The notes below the pieces were generated by a model. The model saw only the letters and a program-made list of their open reading frames with translations, did no database searches and had not been told where the DNA came from. A DNA stretch of 64,000 nt from Mantamonas sphyraenae STR306. Lineage: Eukaryota > Protista > CRuMs. Made by a program: the position numbers and the translations under genes. Shown here one piece after another: positions 1-12,512 of the stretch (position 1 is the first letter of the stretch; each line of letters starts with the position of its first letter). The stretch lies in contig JAPMXV010000052.1 in NCBI GenBank assembly GCA_026936335.1, positions 62,001-126,000 of the forward strand. The letters are read 5' to 3'.

Positions 1-1298
1 CCTGGCTTGGCGTCAGCGCGCGGTCGGCATGCAACGTGCGTGCAATGGCCAACGCCTGCGTGCCAAACCCAGACACATGCACAGTTGCAGCCAGCAGCGC
101 ACACACAGCTGCGTCGCGAGACGGCTGCATTTTGCGGTTGTCGCGAGGACGCGGACGAGGAAGCATGGCCTGCAGCAGCGTGTTTGCTTCTTCAGACGAC
201 GCGCCGTCAAAGAGATCTTGCATGAACAGGTCGGTGTCACTGCCACGCGGCTGCTGCTGCTGCTGCTGCTGTGTTTGGCCACCCTCCTGTGCGCCCGCGT
301 TCAGCTTGGATTTCCCTCCGGGTTTCATGGGCGTGAGGCCAGATCCAACCGCGCTCGGATCCAACGTTTTCAGCCCGCCACGCAGAAGGGGACCCTCCAA
401 CAGACCCGTCAGGGAGCGCTCCTCCTGGGTCACGCGTGGGCCCTGGATGGAACATGCGGCCAAGTGTGCGCCGAGCATGGCAATGGTATGCTGGGCGTCG
501 AGCAGGGTAGGGCAGCGAATGTCCTCTGCGCTGTCCAACGGCCAAATGGTTGCCTTGACGCCCCACCGCGTGCCTGTGCGGTTGCTCTGATCAACCGAGT
601 CAGCACTGAAGTACATGATGACGGTGTCGCCCGGCACAATGACGGGTTTGGTGGGCCAACGGCTGTCACGGCCGCGCGGTCCATGGTAGTCGGCGTAGTA
701 CACGGTGTTCTTTGTGTACAGGGTGACGCGGTCCGAGGAATTGACAGTGGTGCAGTTGGGATCAAAGTAAATCACCATGGCCTTTGCGCCGGGCACCACA
801 CACGTCTCCTTGATGAGCTGACTGCCCTTGGAGTACGGATGGTGGGACTCGGCCACAGTCACCTGCTTGCTGGAAAACAGCGGCTGCGCAGCAAGGGCGC
901 GTTCAAACTGCACCACTTCGTCCACACTGGCGTTGACGAGCTCCAGATTGGTCAGCAGTTTGACGAGCGACGGCATGATGACCGTGCTGATGTCGCTCAC
1001 GTGTTCGCGCATGCTGCTGCTGGCCAGCACGGCACCGACCGTCGGCAGCAGCAGGCCAAGGATCGAGTTGCGTGCTGCTGTCTCCAAGCCCGTGAAAGTG
1101 CTTTTCTCCTGTACCAGCCAGTGTTCCACGAGTTCGTTGCACTCGTTGATCAGAGCAAGGAAGTATGCGTTGACTTCGTCCACGACCACCTTGTCCAGGG
1201 CGGGTCCGTACTCCCCTTCTCCTTCCCCGCCTTGATCGTCGTGCTGCTGCTCTGTGTTGGCACTCTCACTATCGGCATCGTCACTGCTGCTACTGCTA

Positions 1299-1331
<33 letters not shown>

Positions 1332-3887
1332 CTGCTGCTGCTGCTGCTGCCGCCGCTGGAAGCCGCTGCGTCGACCGCTTCGTCGGTGCTTCCTTGCTGC
1401 TTCTCGGCCGTCGTGTTGTGGTAGTGCACAAAGTCAGCCAAGATGGCGTGCTGAAGGGTCAGGGTCAGGCGCATGAGCGGAGACACGTGGTGCTTGATGT
1501 GGTCCATGTTGGCCGTGGCCGGCTTGTCCTGACGTGCAGCAACTCCCTTGCGCTTCTCGGCCTCGCGCTTCTTGCGCAGGCGCTTCTGTTCACGCTTGCT
1601 CAGCTGCTTGGGGGCGTTCTGCGAAACCGGGTTGGGCACAGCCACGTCGAGGTTCTCCTGCTGGTACTGGCGCAGGCGTGCGAGCAGACGCATGATGAGA
1701 CCGCCGTGCAAGTCGCGTTGCCCTCCTGCGGTCCAAAACACAAACTCGGGTCCTAGGATGTGACTCTGGCTGGCCAGCGAGCGCACAAACACCTGCGTGA
1801 ACCACTGTTCGATGTCGCCCTGCACCATTCCTTGGCGCTGGACGGCAGCAAACGACTGGTCGTCCTCGAGACGTTGCCACAGCAGTTCGGCCTTGTCGGC
1901 GTCGCTCGGGTAGAAGATGTTTGCGGCGTCAAGGAGACAGCGTGCGGCCTGGACGCGCAGAGCCACAGGCAGCGCGTCGCTCTGGTACAGCTGCACGAGT
2001 GTGTTCTTGATGGTGGGCATGACGGACGAGAGGCGTGTCTTGATGCTGTTGCCGTCCAGGTCCTTGAGAGTGACCATGGCGCTGGTGGTGCCCATGCGTA
2101 CCGAGCTCGGCGCAGCCTTGGAAACACTCAGATGGTGCAGACATGTGTGCAGGTAGCGCAGGATCCACACAAGCAAAGCAGGCTGCACAGCAGCATAGTC
2201 CGTATCGAGGGCATCGGCCACGCTTGTGTCGAGGAAGCCCTGAGCGGTGCTGTGCAACGCAGTGGTGAGCAGCTCAAAGGTCTCGCGATCGGCCTGCACA
2301 CAAAAGTTTGTGGGTTTCTCCCAAAAGCCGCTGGACACAATGCCACCGTCCTGCTTGAGGAGACGGTCTGAAGCATTGAGGAGCATGAGGGCGACCTGGG
2401 ACGTGGTGAGGGTGCCGTCTTCGGCCGAAAGGTCGACGCCAGCGCAGGTGGCTGCCTGGGCTTCGGCAAGATAGCCGTCGGTGTGGATCATGTCAAAGGG
2501 CAGCTGGCTCTGGCCGTCGTGGGGAGGCAGAGGCGCAGCGTCGCCCCAGTTGGCCCAGCACGAGACACGCGTGACGGTCTTGTACGAGATGCTCCACAAG
2601 AGGTTGTTGACCGGGTCGTATGCAGGCACGCACCCAGCCGGGTTGGTGAATTGCTGAAGCTCCATGGCAATGTCTGCGATGTGGTCACCCGAGGCGAGAT
2701 CAAAGACGCGGTGCAGGTAATTGCCTGTGGGCGAGTAGTCCGGCGCGAGGCAGACGATAAACTGCTTGCCGTTTGTGAGGAAGCCCGAGCGTGTGGTGTC
2801 GGACGGGTTCATGGGGTCGACCTCACTGCCGTTGCTGGTGACCTTGGCGAGCTTGACGCGATTCTTGAGGGTCCAGGTGGCGGAGGTTGTGTGATCGCAT
2901 TCGCGCGGATCGTATGAGTCGACGTAAAACTCGTTGACCGTGGTGAAGCCATCGCTTGCAGTGTGTTGGATAACCTTGAGGGCGTAAATCAGGGTGCCGT
3001 CTGTGATGATGGGCGAGGTGTAGGACGTGGAGTTGCCTTCGGCGCGAGCGAGGGTGAAGGTGCGATCTTGCTTGTTGGCCAGGGTGTCTTTGTCAAGCTC
3101 GACGAGGGTGTCACCAGCCATGCAGGTGTTGTACATGTAGAGGCGGTCGTTTGCGGCGCAGAGCCAAATTCGGTAGCCCGAGAGAGTTGTTGCGTCGTTG
3201 CTTGCATACACTTGGCCGCGGGTTGTGCCATGGAAGCCCGTGCCAACCTTGACGATGCTGTATACAGAGCGCAGATAGAGATACTGACCGTCTGTGGCCA
3301 GGCCGGCGTAGTACTTGGTTGCGTTTGTGTCGTTGTACTGGTCGTGAGTGACTTGGATGGTGTCGACGAGGCCGTCCTTGGAATACTGGGGCACGCTTGC
3401 CTGTTTCCTATGCTGCACCAGCTTGTCGAGCATGGAGTTGACCTGTACTTCCATGGTGGCGCGCAGGTGAGCCAGTGCGTTGACGAGGACGGTGACAAGC
3501 CGCGTGGAGCCCGTAGAGTACGCGAGGCTGACGAGTGCCTCAAAGAGCATCATGCGGGAGGCGTCGTCCTCAGTGGAGGTGTCCTTGGTGTCGGACATGC
3601 GCTTGGCCAGGTGGCGTGCCACCAGGAGCACCTTGTCCTGGTTGGCTGTTTCGAGGCTCAGCATGTTTGCAGAGGACAAGGTGGCCTTGAGGTCGGCCAA
3701 TTGGTCGTTGGATAGCACAAAGGAGTCGTCGTTGTTCTTGCTGGCTTGCAACAGAGCGTCGGCAAGCTCGTACACCGCCTTTTCCTCGGGGGTAGCTTGG
3801 CGTGTGCTCTCTTGCGTCTCATTTTGGGTGGCACCCTCCGCCTTGGCATCGCCTGTGTTGGATTCCTGCGTTTGCTGTGCCTGTGCA

Positions 3888-3918
<31 letters not shown>

Positions 3919-4986
3919 CGGCAGCTGCGGGTGCATCTTCGTGTGCCGCTTCCCACCCGCCGTCCCCCCAATCATTGTAGGTGAAGTTGGCAAATTGATC
4001 ATCGCCGTATGAAGGGTGACTTTCCAGTTGCTCTTCGAGAAAGGCCTCGTCATCGACGTAGAAGCCGCTTTCGTCCTCGTACTCCTCTTCCTCTTCCTCT
4101 TCCTCAGAGTAGTAATCTTCCTCGTAGTCATCGTAGTTGCGGTGACCACGGCCACGGCCGCGACCTCCACGTCCACCACGCCCACCACGTCCACCACGTC
4201 CCCGATGCGCGGAACCGCGTCCTGCTGCGGCCGAGGCAGCTGCTGCGGCTGCCGCTTCTTCCTGCTGCTTCTTGCGATGTGCATCGCGGTAGGCGTCCGA
4301 TGCTGTGAGCTGTGGGTGGGAACACACGAGCGCACGAGGTGTTAGTTCAGGTGATCTGTGTACGGTTGGGCGCAACAAGCCATGTGGAGAAGGGCGAGAA
4401 GGGATGTGTGGCCGGTGCAAGTTGGGGCGAAGGAGGGTCTATGCAAATCGCAAACCTACCAAAGCACGATCTTTGTGTCTGCGCTGGGCTACGGCGAGAT
4501 GGTGGCGGCGCAAGACCTTGTTGCGCTTGTTGAGGAAATCCTTGTAGGCCGGAGTCAGGTTGCAGGACTCGCGCAGCTCATTGCTCCATTGGTCGAGCTG
4601 GGCCTGGCGATCCAGCTCGCTGTTTTCCGGCTGCTCGTTTGAGAGGCCAAGACGTGGGCAGCAGAGAAAGACGGGTGAGTACAGAGAGGCAGGGCGGGCT
4701 GGTGAGGGGCAATCAATGGGCGGATGGCACACCGGGAAAGCGCATGCACGAGAAGGGGGGCGGCGAGCGGGGAGGGTAGCGGATCAGGGTCACTCACGGC
4801 AAGAGCTCGCTTGAGGACGCCAATGAAGCTTTCGTCCTTGGAAACATGTGTTTCAAGACTGCTCTCGAGGGCGGCCTGCTCGAGGTCGCCTAGAGGCAGC
4901 TCGCAGTATTTGTAGAGTGCAAGATCCTGGTCAAAAACCACCGAGTCCTCGGGAAGCGAGGCCCAGGCAGAGTCTTCGCTGGCCAT
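1..4986 (-). CDS. N-terminal part of a giant MYCBP2/HECTD4-like protein (probable E3 ubiquitin ligase); runs off the window's left edge
   Basis: ATG at 4986 (MASEDSAW...), short exons at ~4798-4986 and ~4460-4640, then a long minus frame from ~4305 toward base 1. That frame is antiparallel to the + shadow ORFs and is not in the ORF track, consistent with no stop in the window. It contains an RGG/acidic segment and ATDGQYLYLRSVYSIVKVGTGFHGTTRGQVY (~3205-3300), a motif typical of MYCBP2/HECTD4 N-terminal regions. Confidence 0.7.
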
Positions 4987-5041
4987 TTTCTGTGCGCAGC
5001 GTGTCGCACCCAATTCCACACACACAAACACACAGTCATCC

Positions 5042-5839
5042 ATGTCCAGCAACGAGGGGATCCAGAAGCTGTTGGCAGCCGAGCAGGAGGCGTCTGCCAT
5101 CGTGCACAAGGCGCGCAAGGGTACGTTGTTTTCTGAAAGATGGAGGTGCGAGAGGGGATGAATGTCCGGTCCGACGCAGGCTTTGCGGCGGCTGGGCGAG
5201 CTTGCGGTGTGGAGAGAGAGGACAAGTATGCATGTGGAGAGTTGGATGAGGTATTGCGCAGGTGGTGGATGCGCGTACATGGATGCAAGAGACTCATGCG
5301 GGACGCACAGACAAGGACAAGCTGCTGAAGCAGGCTGAGGAGGAGGCCAAGAGCGAGGTGGCCCAGCACCGCGAGACGATGCAGAAGGAGTTTGAGGAGT
5401 ACCAGCAAAAGGTGGGTGTCTGCATGACGCAGCGACGCGGGCATGAGATGGGAAGCGAAAGGGTGCAGGACGAGTGCAAGGGCTGCAAGTAGAGGACGCA
5501 TTTCTGGTACACGCACTTGCATCCCCGAGGCGCGGCGAGAGCGGAGAATGGAGGGACAGCGAGCACAGGCAGCGTAAGGAGAAGCTGACACAGCAAGGGA
5601 CATCCACGCTACACACACACACACGGACACACCTCCCACAGTACGCCGGCGAGAGTGGCGACAGCACGAACGAGCTGAACAAGAAGAAGGAGGAGGACAT
5701 CGCCGAAGTGCAGCAGCAGGTGGCCCAGAACAAGGACCAGGTCATTGCCCTGCTTCTCTCTGCCGTCAAGACGGTGGACACCAGCGTGCCGCAGAACGTC
5801 ACATCCAAGCGCGAGCGCATGGAGGCCGCGTCGTCGTAA
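5042..5839 (+). CDS. ATP6V1G: V-type ATPase subunit G (3 exons)
   Basis: MSSNEGIQKLLAAEQEASAIVHKARK | DKDKLLKQAEEEAKSEV... | ...QNKDQVIALLLSAVKTV; GT-AG introns at ~5121-5310 and ~5412-5641. Confidence 0.93.
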
Positions 5840-5874
5840 ACGATTGTTCAGATCTCCTTCACTTCCTTCCCCAT

Positions 5875-6960
5875 TCACATGGCTGTCTCCAGAAGCACCT
5901 CGAGCACACGCATGGCTCGATTGCTGCCCATGTTTGCTGCTTCTATGTACAATTCAATGGCTCGGTGCTGTTGAGCGTCGCCTAGAAAGAGCGACGCCGC
6001 GTGTGTGAGCCACAGTGGCTCGTCCTGGGCCACGGCCATGTGCACAAACTGCTCGGCCATGTGTTGTACAGTGAGATGAGCCTCTGGGTAGCTACGTTGG
6101 CCAATAACTGTGTGCAATCGCTGACCCACAAAGTCGTCGTCGACGCGCAAAGCATACAGCTGAGCACGCGCTGTGCTTGCACGCACCCCAATGCCCTTTT
6201 CGTAGAGCAGGGCAACGACGCGACAGGGCTCACCCGCACCGACGGCGTCTGCGGCTCGTTTCCACGCCGTAAAGGCAACCTGTTCCCGCTGCGGTTGCAA
6301 CCGTGCCGGCAGCAGGTTTTCGCTGGCCATGTGGGCTCGCATCAGCAGTGCGTCGTGGCTGTTGTCTTTAGATAGTTCCTTCCATGCCTTCTCGGGCTCA
6401 CGCACCGCCATGGCGAGCATGCGCGTGCGCGGCTGATCCGCCTCGAGCTGCTCGGCCACAGCAGCCATCTGCGCACGCAGCTCCTCGTCGCTACGCAGTG
6501 CTTCTGCCACTGCAATGGCCTCTTGCAAAGCACCTTGCACACCTTTTTCGATGAGCATGCGGTCCAGAGTGTGGATGACCGGCGCATGGGGGCCGTCCGG
6601 CGCGCGGACATTGCGTGTCAGCTCAAACAACCACGTCGACCGCGTGTATAGCGTGTGTGGCTGGCGTCCAAACCATGCCAACACGTCGTCGCCTTTGACG
6701 CGCACAGCCTCGTGCACACAGGGCAGGAATGCACGTGTGAGTCCTGCATAGCGCTGCGGCGAGAACGGCTGCGAGGGCGTCCACCCGTCCTCGTCATCCT
6801 CCCATCCCAACCCGGTGTATTCGTCCTCGTCGATGAGCGATGCGTCCGCCATGACTTTGTGCAGCCATTGGCGAGCGGCCGTACGCTTGTGGTTGAGTGC
6901 AGACCGCCACAGCGGCGGCGGCCGCGAACCCAACCTGTTCATCTGGTCCCGCCATGGCAT
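5875..6960 (-). CDS. Sel1-like repeat protein
   Basis: Intronless ORF with Sel1-like segments ALLYEKGIGV...ARAQLY and AIELYIEAANMGSNRAM; start codon uncertain (6960 or 6853). Confidence 0.55.
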   Translation of the reverse strand: MPWRDQMNRLGSRPPPLWRSALNHKRTAARQWLHKVMADASLIDEDEYTGLGWEDDEDGWTPSQPFSPQRYAGLTRAFLPCVHEAVRVKGDDVLAWFGRQPHTLYTRSTWLFELTRNVRAPDGPHAPVIHTLDRMLIEKGVQGALQEAIAVAEALRSDEELRAQMAAVAEQLEADQPRTRMLAMAVREPEKAWKELSKDNSHDALLMRAHMASENLLPARLQPQREQVAFTAWKRAADAVGAGEPCRVVALLYEKGIGVRASTARAQLYALRVDDDFVGQRLHTVIGQRSYPEAHLTVQHMAEQFVHMAVAQDEPLWLTHAASLFLGDAQQHRAIELYIEAANMGSNRAMRVLEVLLETAM

Positions 6961-7010
6961 CGCGCGACCTGCTGCACTCGGCCACTCGCATCGTAGAAGA
7001 TGCCCAACCC

Positions 7011-7910
7011 ATGCGACTTCCACCACGGCCCGAGTTTGTGCCTGTCCTTGTGTTTCCCAAGCAGAAGCGCCAGAAAAAGAGGAGAGTGTTGAGGGCAAGC
7101 CGTACCACGCACGCACAGCCCAACAAAGCCAAACGGACTACAAACAGCAAGTCACACACAAAGAGTAAGCACACAGTGCATCAAACACAGGTGTTGAACC
7201 ATCACAAGCCGCTGCCAAAGCTAAGCAAGAGCAGCACGCCACCGGACGACGTCGACGCCGCCACCACACTGAGCACAGAAGCCGTGGCAGTACAACGGCA
7301 CTCTCCCAGGGAACCCCAGAATGCAAAAGACACACACACACACTGTACAGAGTGTGCGCGCAAGGATGCGCTCATCAGCGCGCTGCAGGCTCAGCAGCGA
7401 GATTCGGGGGCGCCGTGGAAGGCAGCCATGCACGACATGGAGCAGTACGTGGCACAATTGGAAAGCCAAGTGGAGGCTGTGGAACTTCAGGTGGAACAGT
7501 GGAGACGGCAAGCCGGAGATGCAGAAGCAGGGCGGTCGGAACTGCACGCGGCGTTTGTAAAAGAGATGGAGGCCGCGGAACACATCCTGAACGAGCAACG
7601 CGACCAGATAGAGGCACAAGAAGCAGAAATCAACGCTCTGCAAGCCACAGTGCGTCAGTTGCAACAGACCATCGCCGAGCGCGATGCACAGGAACAGCGG
7701 CACAACGACGAGGCAGTCTCTCCGCCCACACAGACAACACCCATGCGGGGTCGAAGGAGCCTGCGGAGCAGTCTGCTACGCAACAACCGCAAACTGGTGT
7801 ACAAACAGACCAAGGACAAGGACAAAGAAACGGCGCAGTTGGCATGGCGAGCGATGATGCGAGGGAGCGTCCGCTCACCCGTGGGCACAGCCGCATTCCA
7901 TGCGCCGTAG
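7011..7910 (+). CDS. Hypothetical coiled-coil protein
   Basis: Long ORF with a heptad-rich E/Q/A segment (MEQYVAQLESQVEAVELQ...QLQQTIAERD). Confidence 0.55.
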   Translation: MRLPPRPEFVPVLVFPKQKRQKKRRVLRASRTTHAQPNKAKRTTNSKSHTKSKHTVHQTQVLNHHKPLPKLSKSSTPPDDVDAATTLSTEAVAVQRHSPREPQNAKDTHTHCTECARKDALISALQAQQRDSGAPWKAAMHDMEQYVAQLESQVEAVELQVEQWRRQAGDAEAGRSELHAAFVKEMEAAEHILNEQRDQIEAQEAEINALQATVRQLQQTIAERDAQEQRHNDEAVSPPTQTTPMRGRRSLRSSLLRNNRKLVYKQTKDKDKETAQLAWRAMMRGSVRSPVGTAAFHAP

Positions 7911-7962
7911 CAGAGAATGGACAATCAAGTCGAGTAAATACTGCATTCTGCGCTCGGTTTCC

Positions 7963-10006
7963 TCATCCCTTCTTCCTGCGGAACAGGTTGGACAGCTTCT
8001 TGGGAGGCTTTGCCTCAAAGAGCAGCTCGATGGTGGAACCGAGACGGATGACGTCGTTGGGCGCCAGTATGTACTGGTCGTATTGCTGGCTATTGACAAA
8101 GGTACCCTTGGAGGAACCAAGGTCGTGAAGGACAACGACGTCGCCTTCACAGCTGACGCTGATGTGCTGACGCGACACTTGCTTCTGCTCGTCGACCACA
8201 ACGAGATCACACGCTGAGGAGCGACCCACTGTGATTTGGCTGTCGTTCTTCAACACCACCGACGGACTCATGTCCGGGAGCACAGAGAGGACTCGCTTCC
8301 ACGATCGATCGATGCGCACCACGTCCGTGTCATTGACACTGCCTGTGCCACTCCCGCTGCTGTTGCCGCTGTCTGGCAGCGAGTTGCTGGACACTGTGCG
8401 TGCCCTCCCATCCTTCTCCGCCTCCAGGGCCTCCACCCACCCACGCAGCGCCGTGGTATGTTTGCAGCGCAGCGTAAACGTGGCCAGCGGTGTCTGAATG
8501 GAGAACGTGTGCTCCATGGATCCCGTGCCCGAAGCGCCGTCATTGTCACTGCCCACTCCTTGGCCCCATGATTCGGTCTGTCCGCCCTGCCCGCTGTCCT
8601 GTTGGCTGTCCAGTTCCTCCTCCTCCTGTTCGTTTGCTCCGTTGCTACCAGACGCCCCGCCATCGTCCTGGCTGTTGCCAGCGTTGTTTGATGATCCACT
8701 GCCGCCCCTTGCGCCTCCGCTTCCGCCTCCGCTGCCGCTGCCGCTGCTGCTTCCTGACGGCCGAGCGTTCTCCGACACAATGTCCCGCAGCAGGGACTGG
8801 GTCTTGTCCCACTCATCCTCGATGATGATGGCGGCGTGTGTGATGCTGATGTTGCCCACAGGTGGGTCCTTGCGTGATCCTACGTAGTATGTGAGCACCT
8901 TGTCCGCCAGCATGAAGTAGTACTTGATCCACTCGCCATCGACCAGCAGTTCCATTTTGCCCTGGAACGTCGGTTTCACGGGGCTCGTCAGACCCGATGC
9001 CACCAGTGAGTTGACAACCTCCAACAAGTGGTCCACTTCCATGCGCCGTTGTTCCTTCAGCAGTGGTTCCAACTCCTTGGCGGCCACAGCCTTTTCGTCC
9101 CGTTCGCCCTGAGACTGATGGTTCTCCAACGCCGTGTTCAAGGCCTCGATCCACTTTTCGGCCTCCTCGTTGTTGTCCGCTGCCAGTAAGTATACCCTGT
9201 GTTGCATTCACCCGCAAAATGGGAGTGCAAAGGTGCCGTGTGGCAGCCATGCGGGCAGAAAGCGTGGAGGTGTGAGAGAGTCGCGAAAGGTCGGCGCATC
9301 GAAGCAAGGGCCGCGCGCGTCCACCTACCGGTCGGAAGAGTACAGGGTGATGCGGTATTTGCACACCTCGTCCACATTCTCTTGTGCTTGCTGTGTATGT
9401 GTGGACAAGCAGCGGCCAAAGGTCATGTCCAAAACGACGCAGCCGCGTGCGCTGGCGTGTGAGAGAGGGTGTTTCTTGGTGGCGTGGAAGCTCTTGTCAC
9501 CAAACCGGCCTCAACCTCGGCGGGCCTTCACGCTGCACAACTGACCATGTCCGCCAAGCTGTCGCTCACTTCAATCTCCTCCGAGGTCACGTAAGCAATG
9601 GGGAAGGTGCGTCTGGGTTTGGTGTCCTGTGCAAGGCGGGGAACGGGAACAACGAGTCAGCAAGAGCCTTTGTTCGAGATCAGCGCTGCCGGCCGGGAAA
9701 AAACGCACGTCGCGGTGTTTGTAGTACGCCATGGTGGTGTCTGTCAACACAAAGTAGAAGCGCTTCCATTCGCCTGAGCGGACGTTGTTTCCACAGGTTG
9801 CCCGTGTGCATGGGTTGCTGGTTGGTGTTGAACACGTACGCCGAGGGCGGACAGCGCTGCAGCACAGTCAGGTGTGTGCGCATCTGCTTCTCCAGGTCGC
9901 TTCGGTTGGCCTCTGTCTCCTGTATAAGGCGACGTCGGTCCAGCAGCGCCGTGTCTTCGTCGTTGCTGTCTTCAAAATCCTCCTCAAACGTGTCGGTGCG
10001 GCTCAT
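7963..10006 (-). CDS. Tandem PH-domain plus C-terminal FHA-domain protein (multi-exon, apparent frameshift ~9785)
   Basis: PH motifs GNLWK...EWKRFYFVLTDTTMAYYK, YLLAADNNEEAEKWIEAL and WIKYYFMLADKVLTYY; FHA motif ITVGRSSACD...VSRQH...DLGSSKGTFVN. Confidence 0.8.
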
Positions 10007-10027
10007 CGTGGGTGCTTTTGATTTCCT

Positions 10028-11484
10028 TCACACTGCGCTCACCTGCACCTCCACACTCGTTTCCTCCTCTGGCCCCTGTGCATCCCTCTCTTCCATCCAC
10101 CACGGTCGCGTCTGGCGCCGTGGATCGTTGGATGCAATGTGGCCGCCGCGTGGAAACGGCAGAGGCCGCGGTGGACGTTGGGCAGCCTGTACGGCCTGTG
10201 CGCCGGCATTCAACATCACATATGGGTTGTTGCGCACCTTGTTGAGCTTGCATTGGCCATGCAACACAGACACGGCGACGGGAAAGGCCACCGAGAGCCA
10301 AGGGATGCCACCAAGGGAAGCGGCGACACCAAGGATGGTCCCAGGGACGGTGCAGTAGCGCAGAAAGTGGACGGGGACCATGTTGGCCCATTGGACGATG
10401 AGAATGGCGGCAGCCAGGAGCGGCATCCAGGGTAGAAGTTGGGGAAGCAACACGAGCTGCAGCAAGGCCACTCCCATGACCACAGGCACGGCCAGTTCGC
10501 GTGTTGGGGGACGCACAGGTATGCGCTGTTCGATGATTTCACCCATCAGGGTGCGCAACAGGCGGGCGTGGTCGCAACCAAGGACCAGGGCAGCCAAGGT
10601 GGTGCCGGCAAGGACGACCGGCACCACATGTGCCGGGAGCAGGAAGCCCAGAATGTACAGAGAGCAAATCACAGCCACGGAGACGGGACGCACATGCGTG
10701 TCACGGTCGCGATCAGATCGACGCATGGCAATGGAGGCGCCTGCAAGCAGCACGAGGCAAGCCAGCCAGGGCCAGCCACATTCCGCAACCACCACAGACA
10801 CAATCCAAAACAGACATGCCACAATGTCCAACACCACGCTTGTCTGTATGCCACGTGTGGCATCGTTGGCCAATGGAGCAGCCTGCGCCTGTTGTGTGCT
10901 CGTCGTCGTGGTTTCGGACCCCGGTGGTGGATTCCCACGCGCTGGCACCACGCCCAAGTTCTGCGCCCTTCGAAGCACTGCCGTGCGTCGTTCCGCCACT
11001 TGGCGCTTCCAGTCGATGTGTGGTCCCTTGCCCGCGGGACGGACGAGCAGTTTGGCGAGCGGATTCTTTGTGTCCCGCTCTCTGGCAGAGTGATGCGCGG
11101 ATCAAACACCAAATCGTGCGACGAGTTGCGCCACATTGCCACTTTTCCCTCGTCATGCATCCAAAGATTGTGCCACACTGTCTGCAACGAACAGGCGCTG
11201 TACAGGCGGCGGCAGGTCGCCCCAGCCGCACACAGATCGGGTGCATCCAGGAAACCCACAATGCGGGCAAGCACCTCCATGGGCAGAAACAAGAGCATGG
11301 CTTCGTCCGACTGTCCCTCCACTTGCGTCTCGAGGGCCAGTTGGTCGTGCAGATCAGCCTCCTCCAGACTCAACGTTGGGGCCAGCTGGTGGGCCCGGTT
11401 CCGCTGGATCAACCCCACCGCATGCGACATGTGCTCATTGGCACGCATCATGCCCCTCACCTCATCATCAAGGCTGCTCAGCAT
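10028..11484 (-). CDS. F-box protein with multi-pass membrane C-terminus (apparent frameshift ~11085)
   Basis: F-box LLFLPMEVLARIVGFLDAPDLCAAGATCRRL, then in a shifted frame IDWKRQVAERR and several hydrophobic TM segments (ORF 10028-10999). Confidence 0.6.
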
Positions 11485-11559
11485 GGCTGCCTGCGGGGTC
11501 CGAGAGTTTGCAGTGCTGGGTCGGCAGGCGCAGGCGCCACGTCGACAAACCAGACCCAA

Positions 11560-12251
11560 ATGGACCCCATCAGTGCCCTCAACATCACGCTGCCCACCAT
11601 GGCAGACCTCGATGCGTCCTTCAACGCGCTTTGGGACGAACTCATGGCCTTCAGTGCCGCCATCGCCTGGGAAAAGGACACGTGGATCTACGTCATCTTT
11701 GCCTTCCACCTTTTGCTCTGGCTCCTATTTATTCTCTTTCGCAACAACAGCAATGTCCAGAGCGTCCTGTTTCTCTTTGTCTGTAAGTCGCCTCGTGTCT
11801 CTGTCTGCGGTGCCACGTGCCTCCGTTGTCCCTCCTGCGACCATTTCCGGCTGACTCCCCGAAACCCGCCGCCCTGCAGTGCTTGTCGGCCGCTCAGCCG
11901 AGCTTGTAAATGGAGTAGCCGCCCAACACTGGCGCTCCTTCTCTTCGCAGAACTACTTTGACAAGAACGGCGTGTTTGCCACCGTCATCGTCACAGGCCC
12001 CTTGGTGGTCCTGGCCTTTGCCATCCTTGTGTGTTGTCAACTGTCCGCCAAATGGGCCATTGCCAGCCTGTGTGTCCACGCCTGCCTTCTGACACCTTGC
12101 CCATCCTCCTCTCTCTCACACACAGATCAACATCCTGCGGCTGACGTCGCGCATGCTGATTGTGGTCAAGCGCGGCGAGTTGCGCGAGAAGAAGCAGGCC
12201 GAGGAGACGAACGAGGCCTCCAGCGCCAACACCAAGAAAAAGACAGAGTAG
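11560..12251 (+). CDS. TMEM18: Transmembrane protein 18 (3 exons)
   Basis: WIYVIFAFHLLLW...AELVNGVAAQHWRSFSSQNYFDKNGVFATVIVTGPL..., matching the TMEM18 signature; GT-AG introns at ~11782-11879 and ~12028-12126. Confidence 0.88.
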
Positions 12252-12343
12252 TGTGGGTGTGGGAACAGAATGTCATGTGTTCGTTTCTCGCTGAACACTT
12301 CGTCTTCGACTCATTGCACTGATTCTTCGCTGAACATCGGCGT

Positions 12344-12512
12344 TCAGTTTCTTGCACGAACATCAGCCTGATAGAGGCAGCCCTGGGAATGCAGCGTCGA
12401 CAATGCGTCCACAATTTGGTTTTCGGCCGTCTCTTTGCCCTCATCGGAATCCACAAGATCCACGACAAAGTTCACGGCGTCGGCAAACTGTGGAACGTCC
12501 AGCGGGCCTTCC
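12344..12512 (-). pseudogene. 3' half of a reading frame interrupted by the Fanzor element (kinase-like remnant)
   Basis: EGPLDVPQFADAV...IVDALSTLHSQGCLYQADVRARN*; joins in frame with 17966-18215 through the CTTCC duplication. The tail resembles kinase subdomain VI (aL..LH..g..h.DvR..N). Confidence 0.45.

Noticed and set aside
29-3715. Long + strand ORFs (29-1756, 1760-2371, 2963-3715)
   Set aside because: Exact antisense shadows of the minus-strand MYCBP2/HECTD4-like frame; composition is V/H/L-rich with no motifs.
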